Positions 1 to 11,100 of a stretch of DNA of 64,000 nt are shown piece after piece; within the stretch, counting starts at the first letter, position 1; each line of letters opens with the position of its first letter. The stretch covers positions 4,504,862 to 4,568,861 of the forward strand of contig SMSO01000025.1 of NCBI GenBank assembly GCA_004764695.1, read 5' to 3'. A program made the position numbers and the translations under genes. The notes under the pieces were generated by a model. The model was given only the letters and a program-made list of their open reading frames with translations. It searched no databases and was not told the origin of the DNA. This stretch comes from Schizochytrium sp. TIO01. Its lineage: Eukaryota; Protista; Bigyra: Labyrinthulomycetes.

Positions 1-2097
1 TGACCTGCTCGTATGGGTTTGAGAGCGCTCTGCTTGGCGCAAATGAGGTGATGGGTGTGCACCCGCTGCTATGCTAGCTGGACCGTAGGAGGCGCTGCGA
101 TGTAGCTGGGACTAGGGAGGAGCTAGGGGCGCGAAGGAGGCCGAGACGGCGCGCGAAGACATGGAGCTGTACTGTGCTGTACTGCGGAGTGAGTTGACGC
201 GGCGATGACGATCGCCATGGACGCGTTGGGACGTCAAGGGTGTGCGCTCGAAGGGCGGGTACTTGAAGATGGGATCGCGACGATCAGCGAAATCAGCAGG
301 CTACACTTAGACAAGTTACTGGAAAGCGTGTACGCCTGGTCGGCCCGCAAGCAAGCTTGCAGCGACGCGGCACTGGGCGCGTGAATTTTCATCGGTACGG
401 TGCGCGTGGAGGTCGTGGTCGTCGCTAGTGCTCGGGTTCGGGAGTGAGGAGGAAGCGTGTAAGCGAGGGCACCGTTTAGTCGCGATCTCATTTCTTTGCA
501 GGTGAGAAAACCACTGGTTTTCCAGTAATCCTTTAATCTAGAAGACTGCATTTCATTTCACTGCGACATCGCCGCGTTTCCGATGCGACTGCTTTCTTCA
601 TATTCACTTCGCTTCGGCGGCGAGGTCTTTGATTCATTGTTACCCTTTCATCCGCCTCCACGTGGCAGCCCTCCCCATCAATTACTTCCCGAAGCCATCT
701 TTCCCGAAGCATTCGCAGAGGTCCTTCAGTTGCCCAAGATCTTGAAATGTCAGGCCCTGCATTCCAAAATGTAATCAGAATGGCCCCCATATTGCATTGA
801 TTCGTGCATAATAAGCTCCACTTCTCAAGACTCGTCACGATTGGCTTCTCCGGACCCTCGTATCCACACGATTTGTGCATTACATTATCTTCAATGTGGA
901 CAATAGGGTGTTGTTTTCCGTTTGTGACTCTGAGGAAGGTACCTAGGTAGGCTACATCTTAAGCGTCGCCAAGCTTTTGCGTTTCCCGGAGTCAATGCCA
1001 AGGGGTTTGTTTGTGTGGACAGGGCGCTGGTTTTAGATTATCCGGAATGCTGGTGCTCTATGATGATTTGGTTCAACAAATGAGTGATTGTCCAAGGCCA
1101 ATGTAATTCGGAAAAGAGAATTTTTATTTTTTGAATTTAAAGAAAAAAAAAATCGCTGAGGAAGGTTTCTCAAAAGTGTCGAATCGGAAAACGATTGAGT
1201 GCCTACTTCTAACGTTATTATTATGTAGATACTACCGCGGTTTTCAAGCTAAAACAATTTTTAAAACGATCTTCTTTTGAAAAAAGAAAAGAAAGACAAA
1301 ACTTTCATTTTAGAAACAATAAATGAATTCGATGAGCCTAATACCCTATGGATGGCTATATGATTAGTAGAGGGGAAGTTTGAAAAAACTAAAATAAAAC
1401 TCTATGTAGGAAGAGAAAGAACTTTGAAGAGAGGGTTTTGGAAGGACAGAGAAAGGAAAGAGAGAAAAAGAGGAAAAAGATTTTGGGATCGTGATTATTT
1501 ACTCTTTCTCTTTTTCTTTTTTAAAATTAATTATGCAAAGGAACAGATAAGTACTTTAGAAATGACAATCAAAATCGATCCATTGATCATTTCACTCGAT
1601 CAAGCAATCAGTCAATCACTTAAAGGCACGACTCAAGATTAGCGGGCTTGGAAAGAACTTCGGCAACAAATCAGCAAATCGCTTACTCAAGTTTGCGGAG
1701 CCCTGCCTATATCAGGTGCAGAAGAGAGAGTTCGTTGTTCGACCTGATCGACGTGGCGGCAGACTCGGATCGACCTGAACGCTCGAAGTATATCTTCGCC
1801 GTGAAGGCTAGTAGTAACAGGAAGGAAATTCAGAAGGAAGCTTCGGCGACGAGAGAGAAGAGGAGCTGCAAAACACCTATCTCGAGGGAACAGACCGTTA
1901 ATAGATTGTCAAGCGATTGAGTGATCGCCTCCAGAGATTCATCTCGAGAGATTGAGATTCTAGCATAATTGCAACTACTGCAAAATCTATATTCTTGGCG
2001 TGTTGAACTCTTATTCTCCACTCCTGTTCTCTCCACGTCGAGCAGACAATCTTGGCAAATTTGCTGACGTTTTTGCAGTACAAGCCCACCACCAACC

Positions 2098-5000
2098 ATG
2101 ACCGCTATGAACAACGGTACACCTATTCAGGATGCAGACATTGGACCGCGCCTGCAGGTATGGTTTCGTGAACAGGCGAAACGTACGCCTGACCGCGTCG
2201 CAATTTTAAGCAAGAGCCAGAAAATCACCTACAAGGAGCTCGACGAGGCCACTGATCGTCTCGCAGCGATGCTCATTAAGCAGGGCGTTGGCGAGGACTC
2301 CTGTGTTGGCATCCTCATGGAGAGATGCAACGAATACGTCCTTGCTTATATTGCGATCCTCAAGGCAGGTGGCGCATATATGCCCTTGGACCCCGCTTAC
2401 CCTGAGAATCTCCTGCATGACGTTCTCGAAGACGCCAAGCCCTCTGTCGTACTCTGCAAGCGCTCCTTTGTTGCCCGCATGCCCGAATCACAAACTGTTA
2501 TTCTTCTTGAGTCTGCATGGGACCAATGCCTTAGTGCGCTGACACCAGAAGGCCAACAGCTTCTTGATAGCGTTGATAAAACGAACCTCGACGCCCTCGC
2601 TTACGTTGTCTATTCCAGTGGTACCACCGGCAAGCCTAAGGGCATTGCTTGCCCACACCGTGGAGCTGTATTCTCTTACAAATGGCGTTTTGAGAACGTA
2701 CCCTACGATGAAACAAATGGTCCTGAAGTCGAGGCATGCAACGTTTTCTTTGTCTGGGAAATGCTTCGTCCTCTTCTCAAAGGTCAGACCCTTGTTGTCA
2801 TTCCCGATGATGTGATCTATGACCCACCTACTCTTACCAAGTTTCTCGAAGACTTTGCCGTCACTCGCATGCTTTTCACACCGAGTCTCCTTGAGGCCGT
2901 TCTTGACTGCAAGTCCATTGAGTCCAAAGAACTCTTCCATCGTATGCGCGCGCTCAAGACTATCGTTCTTTGTGGTGAAGTAGTCACTGTGGCACTTCAG
3001 GAGCGCGTGAAAAAGAACATGCCCTGGGCTGCTCAGTGGAACCTCTACAGTGTTAGTGAATGCCATGATGTTGCCGCAATCGACCTTGCTGGTGGTGACT
3101 ACGGAACCCGCAAGTACTGTCCCGTTGGTAAACTTTTTGATGGCGTCGAGGCCCACGTCATGGACGAGAATCTTGCACCCCGCCCCATGGGTGAGGTGGG
3201 CGAACTTTATGTCGCTGGTCCCACGTTAGCACGTGGCTACCTCAATCTTGACGAACTTAACAAGCAGCGCTTTCCTGTTGTAGACGGCAAGCGTCTCTAT
3301 AAAACCGGTGATCGGGCACGTGTGCTTCCGAATCGCGAACTTGAGATTTTGGGTCGCTGTGACTCCATGGTCAAGGTGCGTGGCTACTCTGTTGAATTGC
3401 GAGCTATTGAAGCTGCCATTATGGCCCTTGACTCCATGGTGAGCTCATGCGTAGTAATTGTCCAGGGAGACGAAGGTGAAGATAAGTTTGTCATCGCATA
3501 TGTTGTGCTTCGATCCTCCGAGGAAGCATCTTGCCGTAATGTCCGTCTCGCGCTCAAGGCCAAACTGCCTCATTACATGGTCCCCGCGTTTGTCGTGGAT
3601 CTCGATGAGCTCCCTACGCATGAGGTCTCTGGTAAATTGAACAAGAAGGCTCTGCCCCCTGTTGATCTTGCAACAGGTCAAATTGCAGGACGCCAGCGCA
3701 GCGTGTCCACTGAGAATGACTGCACAATGCCTCGCAGTACTCTTGAATTCGAGCTCCATAAGATCTGGTGCAACATCATGAGCATGCAGCAGATAGATGT
3801 GGTGTTTGACTCCTTTTTCGATATCGGCGGTCACTCGCTCTTGGCTGCACGCCTTGTCCAACAAATCAAGGCTGAGCTTGGCCATGATGTCGGCGTTGTT
3901 GAACTTTTTGCCCACTCGACTATTGAAGCTCTTGCGCAATTTATCGAGGACAAGTCCAATATCGGCCACGCAGACTCCCAGCGTAGCTCAGCTTCTGTTA
4001 AGGCCAAGTCGCTCAACCTTAACTCCGAAGTTGACGTGTACGATGCAAGCAAGGCTATTAACGACATCGCCATGCGTGCTTTCTGGCGCTCCACGCATTT
4101 CTCTCAGGTGCGTGCACGCGCTTTCCTCCTTACCGGCGTCACTGGTTTCCTCGGCAGCTTTGTACTTGCCGAGCTTCTCCGCAATCCTGATGTCGATATC
4201 ATTTACTGTATTGTGCGCGCTACAACCCCTAAAGAGGCTTTGGAACGCGTGCAAAAGGCCCTGAAGGACCGTGACATGTGGGATGAGTCCTATGCCGAGC
4301 GCCTCGAAGTCTTTGCTGGAGATGCTTCACTTCACCACATGGGCCTAGACGACGATGACTATGCTGTGCTTAGCACTGGTGTTGATGTTGTGGTGCACTG
4401 CGCTGCAGTAGTAAACCTGGTGTACCCGTACGAAGGCCTTCGTTCGGCCAACGTTATTGGCACTCGCAACGTGATCGAGTTTGCTCTGCATGGTAAGGTG
4501 AAGAAGCTTGCATACATTTCAACCGATGGTATCTTTCCTGATGGCCTTAAAAACTGCAGCGAATCTGACTCAATTGATGACTTTGGCCCAGAGCTCACAA
4601 ATGGGTACGGACAGAGTAAATGGGTTGCGGAAAAGCTTGTGCGACGTGCTATGGACCGAGGCCTCCCTGCGATCATCTTCCGCCCGGGTAATATGGGTGG
4701 TGTTGGCAAGCACTGGAACCCTTCCGACTTCAACTTCCTGGTTCTCAAGGGTTCTTTGGAAGTTGCCGCCGCGCCGAGCGTTCCTGGTTGGATTATGGAG
4801 ATGACTCCCGTAGACTTCGCCTCGCAGGCGATCGTGCAGATCATTCAAGATAAGGAGTCACTTGGTCAGACATACCATGTGACCAACTTTGCCAACTGTC
4901 TCACCGCCAATGAGTACTTTGATGCGATCCGCAACGCAGGGTTTTCTTTAGAGTCCTGCTCGTTGGAAGCTTGGCGCAACAAGGTGATCAACTCGTCGAA

Positions 5001-5967
5001 GCCTTCTTTGGAGAAGTTGCGCAATGCTCTGCTTGGAGGCGCCGCCAACACTGAGGAGTCTCTTCGTGAGCTTTCGACCTTTGACAACTCCTTCTTCGCT
5101 GCACGCTGCAAGCAGTATAGTATGGTGATACCGAAGATCACGACTACCGCCATGCATGAATACGTAGAAGCCTGGCAACAGGCGGGCTTGGTGAGCGAGC
5201 CTGCCTCATTTGCTGGTCGCCCGCTCGCCGGAAAAGTTGCCGTGGTGACAGGCGCTTCTTCTGGCATTGGAGCCGCGATTGCTCGTGCGTTGAGCCAGGC
5301 TGGAGCTAAGGTTGGCATTGGTGGCAGGCGCTTGGAACGTCTGCAGGCTCTTGCTACGGAAATGGAGACGCAGAATGGTATGAAGGTTCTCCCGTTCAAG
5401 GTCGATGTCACGAACCGAGAGCAGGTCGGCGACTTTTACAAGACCTGCGAAGCAGAGCTTGGTCCTGTGGATATCTTCATTAACAATGCAGGTGTCATGC
5501 ATTACACGCGTCTTGAGGATCTCCAGGAGGACCAGTGGCACAAGGAGGTCGATGTAAACTGCAAGGGTCTGCTCAACTGCACTGCGGCAGCACTTCCTTC
5601 GATGCTTGCTCGGGGCAAGGGTCACATCGTGGCTACATCATCCGATGCGGGTCGCAAGGTTTTCCCTGGTTTAGGTGTCTACTCTGCCTCAAAGATGTTT
5701 GTCGAGGGCTTCTGCCAGGCTCTGCGTCTTGAAAATGCTGGCAAGGGGCTTCGTGTCACCACTATCCAGCCAGGTGACTGCCGCACTGAGCTTTCAGCGT
5801 TAACTACAAACGAGTCTGCACGTGCTGAGTTTGCACAGGCTTCCCAGGACCGTGACGTATGGCTTGACCCTGAGGATGTTGCACGCGCGGTCATCTTTGC
5901 GGTGTCTTCGCCTTCGCACGTAGGAATCAATGAGATTCTCATTGAGCCGCGTGGTGCTCCGGCATAA
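2098..5967 (+). CDS. NRPS-like A-T-R-R multidomain reductase, glycine-betaine reductase (ATRR) type
   Basis: Single 1289-aa ORF. Adenylation motifs: YVVYSSGTTGKPKG, NVFFVWE (A4), NLYSVSE (A5), GELYVAGPTLARGY, YKTGD, GRCDSMVKVRGYSVEL, SGKLNKKALP. Carrier domain FFDIGGHSL (Ser at 3835-3837). Thioester reductase LTGVTGFLG...YGQSKW. C-terminal classical SDR TGASSGIG...NNAG...YSASK. Confidence 0.9.
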   Translation: MTAMNNGTPIQDADIGPRLQVWFREQAKRTPDRVAILSKSQKITYKELDEATDRLAAMLIKQGVGEDSCVGILMERCNEYVLAYIAILKAGGAYMPLDPAYPENLLHDVLEDAKPSVVLCKRSFVARMPESQTVILLESAWDQCLSALTPEGQQLLDSVDKTNLDALAYVVYSSGTTGKPKGIACPHRGAVFSYKWRFENVPYDETNGPEVEACNVFFVWEMLRPLLKGQTLVVIPDDVIYDPPTLTKFLEDFAVTRMLFTPSLLEAVLDCKSIESKELFHRMRALKTIVLCGEVVTVALQERVKKNMPWAAQWNLYSVSECHDVAAIDLAGGDYGTRKYCPVGKLFDGVEAHVMDENLAPRPMGEVGELYVAGPTLARGYLNLDELNKQRFPVVDGKRLYKTGDRARVLPNRELEILGRCDSMVKVRGYSVELRAIEAAIMALDSMVSSCVVIVQGDEGEDKFVIAYVVLRSSEEASCRNVRLALKAKLPHYMVPAFVVDLDELPTHEVSGKLNKKALPPVDLATGQIAGRQRSVSTENDCTMPRSTLEFELHKIWCNIMSMQQIDVVFDSFFDIGGHSLLAARLVQQIKAELGHDVGVVELFAHSTIEALAQFIEDKSNIGHADSQRSSASVKAKSLNLNSEVDVYDASKAINDIAMRAFWRSTHFSQVRARAFLLTGVTGFLGSFVLAELLRNPDVDIIYCIVRATTPKEALERVQKALKDRDMWDESYAERLEVFAGDASLHHMGLDDDDYAVLSTGVDVVVHCAAVVNLVYPYEGLRSANVIGTRNVIEFALHGKVKKLAYISTDGIFPDGLKNCSESDSIDDFGPELTNGYGQSKWVAEKLVRRAMDRGLPAIIFRPGNMGGVGKHWNPSDFNFLVLKGSLEVAAAPSVPGWIMEMTPVDFASQAIVQIIQDKESLGQTYHVTNFANCLTANEYFDAIRNAGFSLESCSLEAWRNKVINSSKPSLEKLRNALLGGAANTEESLRELSTFDNSFFAARCKQYSMVIPKITTTAMHEYVEAWQQAGLVSEPASFAGRPLAGKVAVVTGASSGIGAAIARALSQAGAKVGIGGRRLERLQALATEMETQNGMKVLPFKVDVTNREQVGDFYKTCEAELGPVDIFINNAGVMHYTRLEDLQEDQWHKEVDVNCKGLLNCTAAALPSMLARGKGHIVATSSDAGRKVFPGLGVYSASKMFVEGFCQALRLENAGKGLRVTTIQPGDCRTELSALTTNESARAEFAQASQDRDVWLDPEDVARAVIFAVSSPSHVGINEILIEPRGAPA

Positions 5968-7019
5968 GTGTCAACCTTCTTGATACTGACACTGTCGTTC
6001 TCATTGCCATATATATAATTACAGACCTAGAAGTTCCATGATATGCTTGAGATTACACGAAAAGACTAGTATTTTCACCATCAGGAGCTTGTCTTTTCTG
6101 CTTGTTGGCAAGCAAAAATTCGAAACGAAAAAAATAAATAGATTTAGAATTTGAGGGCCTGGTCGGCTGGCTGAATTAGGCAAGCTTCCTTTGCGACCTT
6201 CAATTGCAATAATAATGACACCAATAATTATCCTTATACTCTGAAACCCATGACTTTTGCACGTATTGCTGACTTTTTGTTTTAATGATTGTTACGAATG
6301 ACACAGACCGCATACTTACTTAATCCAATCCGAACAATTATGTCTCCGCCAAAAAGAAGCTGCAGTCTTCCTACCCCGTTTGTCACTGCCAAGAGAAAAA
6401 GAAATAAACTTAGTTTTACTTTATGCGGAGTCAGTGCAAACAAAAATATCATGCAATAAATTTGGGATCAAAACTGGTGTTTGTTACTTCCAGGTCAAGG
6501 ACGAACAAGACGGAGCACCCACTTCAGATTCTTTGAACCCCCGAAACATTAAACATTCGTTGTCGATAATGAGCTGATGTACTTACTTTTTCTCAGGATC
6601 TAGAAACACTAGTGGAATATGTGACAAGAAACGATCAAAAAACAACTAAAGAAATTCATCTCAAGAAAAGAAATACCTTTCTTATAGCTAGATCATTAAG
6701 GAAAAGGAATTTGTATGTCGTTGATGCAGCGACAAAAACTTGAGCATCATACTGTTGCCCAAGATGGTGATGATGCTGGTGGAATACATGATCCAAGATC
6801 GACGCCGAGGTCGCACTTGGGGATTGAGAGGCCCTTGCTTATTGCTTTTGCTTGCATAAAATGAAGTGCCCCACGGAGCTTTATTTCGTGAAGAAAATCA
6901 TTCATTCTTGTCATTAATTTGTGGCGAGGAGAGGTGGATAACGGGGCTGGCCAGTTGAGGCACGCTAGTTTCATTTTTGTGTGTGATGTAATTTTAATTT
7001 GAAAGAAGCGATTTACACT

Positions 7020-7703
7020 TTACTCCATCACTTCCATGACAGGACCAAATTCGCTCTCGTACTGCTCACGCTCCTCTCTGGCAAGCTCGGGGTCGACCTC
7101 CCCGGTGGTCGGGTCGGTACCAACCGGGCGTCTGAAGAGAAGGATGTGGGGTTCGGGCTTGTGAATGGCATAGTGAGTCCAGCCACGCTGTGTATTCGAC
7201 GTTCAAAGAGAGGCACCCAGAATCAAGTTGACACAGGTGAGCAACATTACAGAAGAGGAGTTAGTCGATTGTCTCTTGTCCTGAGTTAGCAGGCATGATA
7301 ACAAAATGATACCTAAATTATATAACTACCTTGATTCATTACTCGTTGCATTTAGCAAAAGTAGAGAGTTTGATTATTATTCACTTACGCTCTGCTGGAT
7401 GTGAAGGCCACGCCACTCATGCTCCTCAAGAAGACGATCCTTAGGGAAGTTCTTGGCAATCTCCTTGGGGCAGATCACATGTCTGTAGCTGTCTGTGGAG
7501 TGCTCATGGTATGCATATAAATATTAACGCGTGTCAGTTTTTCTGTCTTGGCCTGTCCGTTGCGACAGAATTCTGCAGAATCGAACCCTTCGTAAGACGT
7601 CACAATCGCCGTCCGTTTCTGCCCTTATCCTATTTCCTCACTTACAGATGCCATCAGTGTAGCGATCACTGTATTCAATACGGGATGCCGCGTCGTGAGG
7701 CAT
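7020..7703 (-). CDS. CKS1: Cyclin-dependent kinase regulatory subunit (Cks1/Suc1). Three exons: 7703-7646, 7492-7389, 7187-7020; 109 aa
   Basis: Manual splicing with GTAAGT donors and CAG acceptors gives [80 protein letters not shown]...VME*. This carries the Cks signatures YRHV, EWR.L.IQQS.GW.HY and [11 protein letters not shown], and the intron phases are consistent. Confidence 0.96.
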
Positions 7704-9295
7704 TTTGTGTTATATGCAACCGCTGTTGCTGTGGAAACCGCCACAAATTCCTGCTGTGAAATAAATATGTCAAAAATCACAGAAAGGCAAGCAATTCATG
7801 GTGCGCCGGATAATACAATTCATCGTCAGTCCTCCGCTGTTCAAGTTCGTTCTCTCCAACGCCAACACCACGCCGTCCAAGTCCTCCCTCCACCTTCTCG
7901 ACTTCGCCTGAGCAGCAAAGTTGCCCATTGTAGAGTTCTTCCTAGCTGGTCCTTATCCAACTAACTTGCCAACTGAGCAATCGATCGATCAACGAGGCCA
8001 TGCCATTCGCTCTCAAGTACCTCCCAGCCTCTGTCAGCGAGCTCCGCAGCCTCTTCGATCGCGTGAACGCCTTGGCGTCCCCACCACCATTGTCGCGGCG
8101 CCTCTGCGGCCAGCGAGCACCTACCTCGTGCCTGCGAAAGCGGGTTTGTTTGGCTTTCTTGGGATTTCTACGACAAATAACAACAACTTTCAGAGAATCA
8201 GTTTTATTTTTTATTTTATTTTTTTTTTCATTCATTCATTTCATCTCATTTCATTTACGTACTGTTTATCTCTCATCTCAGTCTTTGTGGTTTTTCTTCT
8301 TCTTCTTCTTCTTCTTTGAATCGAGTTTAGGCAATTTACAGTTCATTGCGATGTCTGTTTTGCTCTACTTTCGCTCCTTTTGCTCTTCTGTGTACCTCCG
8401 TATTCTCTATTGTACTCCTCTCTCTCTCACTTTGCCATACGTATTTTATTCATCTGCCATATTGCCTCCCTTCAAAGCTGTGTCTTTTATTGCGCCCTTG
8501 CGGGCGTCTTAAATTCGCGACCCCCTCCCCTCCTAGAGTACTCCATAACAAACCCCTATGCGTACATAACTACGCTTCAGCAAGGCAGTTAGATAGCTAG
8601 CAAAGGCATAGTGGATAGGTAGGAACTCTTAGGCACGGTCGTTTCAACGATTTTTCAAAATATACACGTTTCTGGTATGCATACATGTTAAGGTGGGGAG
8701 GCTTAGCGCCATAAGACACAGGGTATTAAAAGGTTTGGCAAAAGAGCATCGAAATTCCTCGAGGAACTCCGAGACGGTACTCAGAGCTGATTGGCTGCCT
8801 TGGTTCTACAGCAGCAAACCAAATTGACTCCTCTGAATATTCGCTTCCGACATTATGCACCTCTCTCGCTTCCCTATACTGCTAGTACGCATGGCCCCAA
8901 ATGAAGCTAGCTTTCTGTGGAGAATGCGCAGATCGATAAGCCCCCTCCCACATCCTAGGGTGTCGGCAGGCGCGCAATGCCCTGCCCGTCGCGCTACGTC
9001 CGCGCCTGTTGGGTCTCTTTTTAAGCCTTTATTCCCCTCCCTTGCTTGCCCTGCGCTGCGCCCTTGTTTCCGTACACGCAACTCCAATATCGTACAAGTG
9101 AGTTATCCGGTATAGCGCAGTGTACTAAACGCATAATTCACTTGTGGCCTGGCTATAACTCACTTCTGAGGCGCCTTTAGCACGCTTTGCTGCACTTTGC
9201 TGCGCTTTGCGGAGTAGGGCATTTCCGATTGGCGTGCGGAGGGAGGCCTCTCGCGCTTGCTTGCATCCGTCGACAGGCGGCTAGTTCGTGGCGAC

Positions 9296-9874
9296 ATGTT
9301 CTCTCGCGCGGTGTCTCGCGGCGCCGGCATCGCCTCCTCTGCGGCGCTCGCGTCCGCAGCAGGCCGCGGTGCCGCCCTTGCGGCTCATGGTGGCGATGTT
9401 GGCGTCGCTGGCGGCCTTGTGCGCCACTTCGCCCTGGCAGGCCGCATGAAGCGGCGTGAGAAGGAGCGCGTGCGGCGCGAAGGTGGTGTCGTTGGTGACT
9501 CCACCGGCATCCCGTCCGTCTCCCAGGATGCCGAGGTCTTCGCAGCGCAGCAGCGCCTCTTCGGATTCCGCGACGCCGATTCGGGCAGCAACGTGCTCAA
9601 GAAGGAGGAGTCCTGGCAGCGTCGTCTTGAGGTGCAGCGTGCCTGGTTCCCTCCCACTCTCGAGGAGTTCAAGCAGTCTGTGCGCCTTGACCTCAAGCGC
9701 CAGCGCTTCAAGCTCAAGACCTCAGGTGCCCCCGCCGCCGAGATCCAGGAGGTCCAGTCTCTTCTTGAGATCTTCAGGTTCACCCCTGATCAGGCTGCCA
9801 GGAAACAGCGCCTTGTGGTGCTCAAGCGCCGTGGTAAGGGACCCCCGAAGAAGGGCCAGGGCAAGCGCAGGTAA
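9296..9874 (+). CDS. MRPS33: Mitochondrial small-subunit ribosomal protein mS33 (Rsm27-like) with N-terminal targeting peptide
   Basis: First ATG at 9296. Arg/Ser/Ala-rich presequence-like N-terminus, RLFG...SGSNVLKK...WFPP core, and the characteristic C-terminus RRGKGPPKKGQGKRR. GC-rich biased codons. The stop overlaps a possible donor (AG|GTAAAC), so the last residues may differ. Confidence 0.72.
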   Translation: MFSRAVSRGAGIASSAALASAAGRGAALAAHGGDVGVAGGLVRHFALAGRMKRREKERVRREGGVVGDSTGIPSVSQDAEVFAAQQRLFGFRDADSGSNVLKKEESWQRRLEVQRAWFPPTLEEFKQSVRLDLKRQRFKLKTSGAPAAEIQEVQSLLEIFRFTPDQAARKQRLVVLKRRGKGPPKKGQGKRR

Positions 9875-11100
9875 ACAACCCCGTGAATGCCTTTCTATAA
9901 TTTGTGCAAACCTTCGATGCATGGACATGATGCAGATGTAGCATTTTAGCCTGCTTAAATGTCCACGTGCCGATTGCACATCAGCACAGATTTATACTTA
10001 TTCTTCGACTACTACTTCGTCCTTTACTACACCTGCTTTCCTTACTACTGATGCATCTGCTTTGGCTTTGGATTTAGCTTCCGCTTTGATTTCTGCTTCA
10101 ACTCAACTCACTAAGATACATTCTGCGGTACTGAAGGAAACACCGATCGTTGACCTGCTGTAAAACGTCTTGTCTGGGTAGATAGACCTGAAATTTACCT
10201 GACTGACGAACTGTCTGGGCTCGATCAATGGGTCATTCCTGCCGTTGGTGGAAGAAATGCTTACTCGGGACGTGCTTGTTGGCGGCCCGTTAGCTTCTCT
10301 TCTTTATTTCGGGGTGGCAAATCTTGCTGGTGAAGCAAGTGGCCGCCTCTTCATACTTGCTCCAATCTGCGCCTCCTACCAAAAAGAGGTGCTGGTTGTA
10401 GCCCATTTTCCCCATCTGTACGATTGGTGTCAGGCAACTGTCTCGACACATGGGCTGCTTGGTTCCTATTTGGACAAGTCTGGATAGGTATGTTTTAGTC
10501 TTCCTCTCGCACTCAGATGCCCTAATTTCCTTTTTACACATGATCGAACAATCTTTAATTGTCCCAATATAGAATCAGAAACTCTACGCTATGTAAGATA
10601 CTAGAGACGTACCCGTAATTGCCTCTCACTTTCCTGGTTCCTATGTATCGTTACATAAAGTCAAAGTAGCATTGTCCTTGGCATATTCTTCCCTTCCATC
10701 TTACCCTTGTTGCTCACAGTCGGTTCCACTATAATCTGCGAACTCTTGTCAGAAACCCAGTGCTAGAAATTCTGATCTCGATCTGACGAAATTTACATAG
10801 CTTTCATAGGGTACTAGAATGAATTTGAATTCCGTCACTTGTCCTATAGGAAACGTTGTGATAAGGAGACTTTGGGTTTGGCTCATGACTTAAGGCATCT
10901 GCACCAATTGTTCATAAGAATGTGAAGTATAAAGCCAAGAAAAGAAGCTCGAGAAGAGCTCACTCATTGCTAGAATAATATTTTTTAATCAACTGTTCTT
11001 TATTTCATTTATCTGCTATCTGTATACACTCACTCGAGTTTCACAGACAAGTTTACGAATAGACGCTACGAAGGCTTACGCGTTGCATGTCTTGAGATGA

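Noticed and set aside
1-880. GC-rich stretch and short ORFs (234..551, 533..880, 583..774)
   Set aside because: All three minus-strand frames stop before the window edge and no ORF has recognisable motifs. More likely the UTR or promoter of a neighbouring gene.
6999-7289. ORF-track entries 6999..7289 (+) and 7028..7216 (-)
   Set aside because: Antisense and wrong-frame shadows of CKS1 exon 3.
7921-8600. Phe/Leu-rich ORFs that look like membrane proteins
   Set aside because: Produced by poly(T) and (CTT)n tracts in the divergent CKS1/mS33 spacer.
10245-10541. Overlapping 80-aa ORFs downstream of mS33
   Set aside because: No recognisable motif or codon bias, and the plus-strand ORF begins at TTG.
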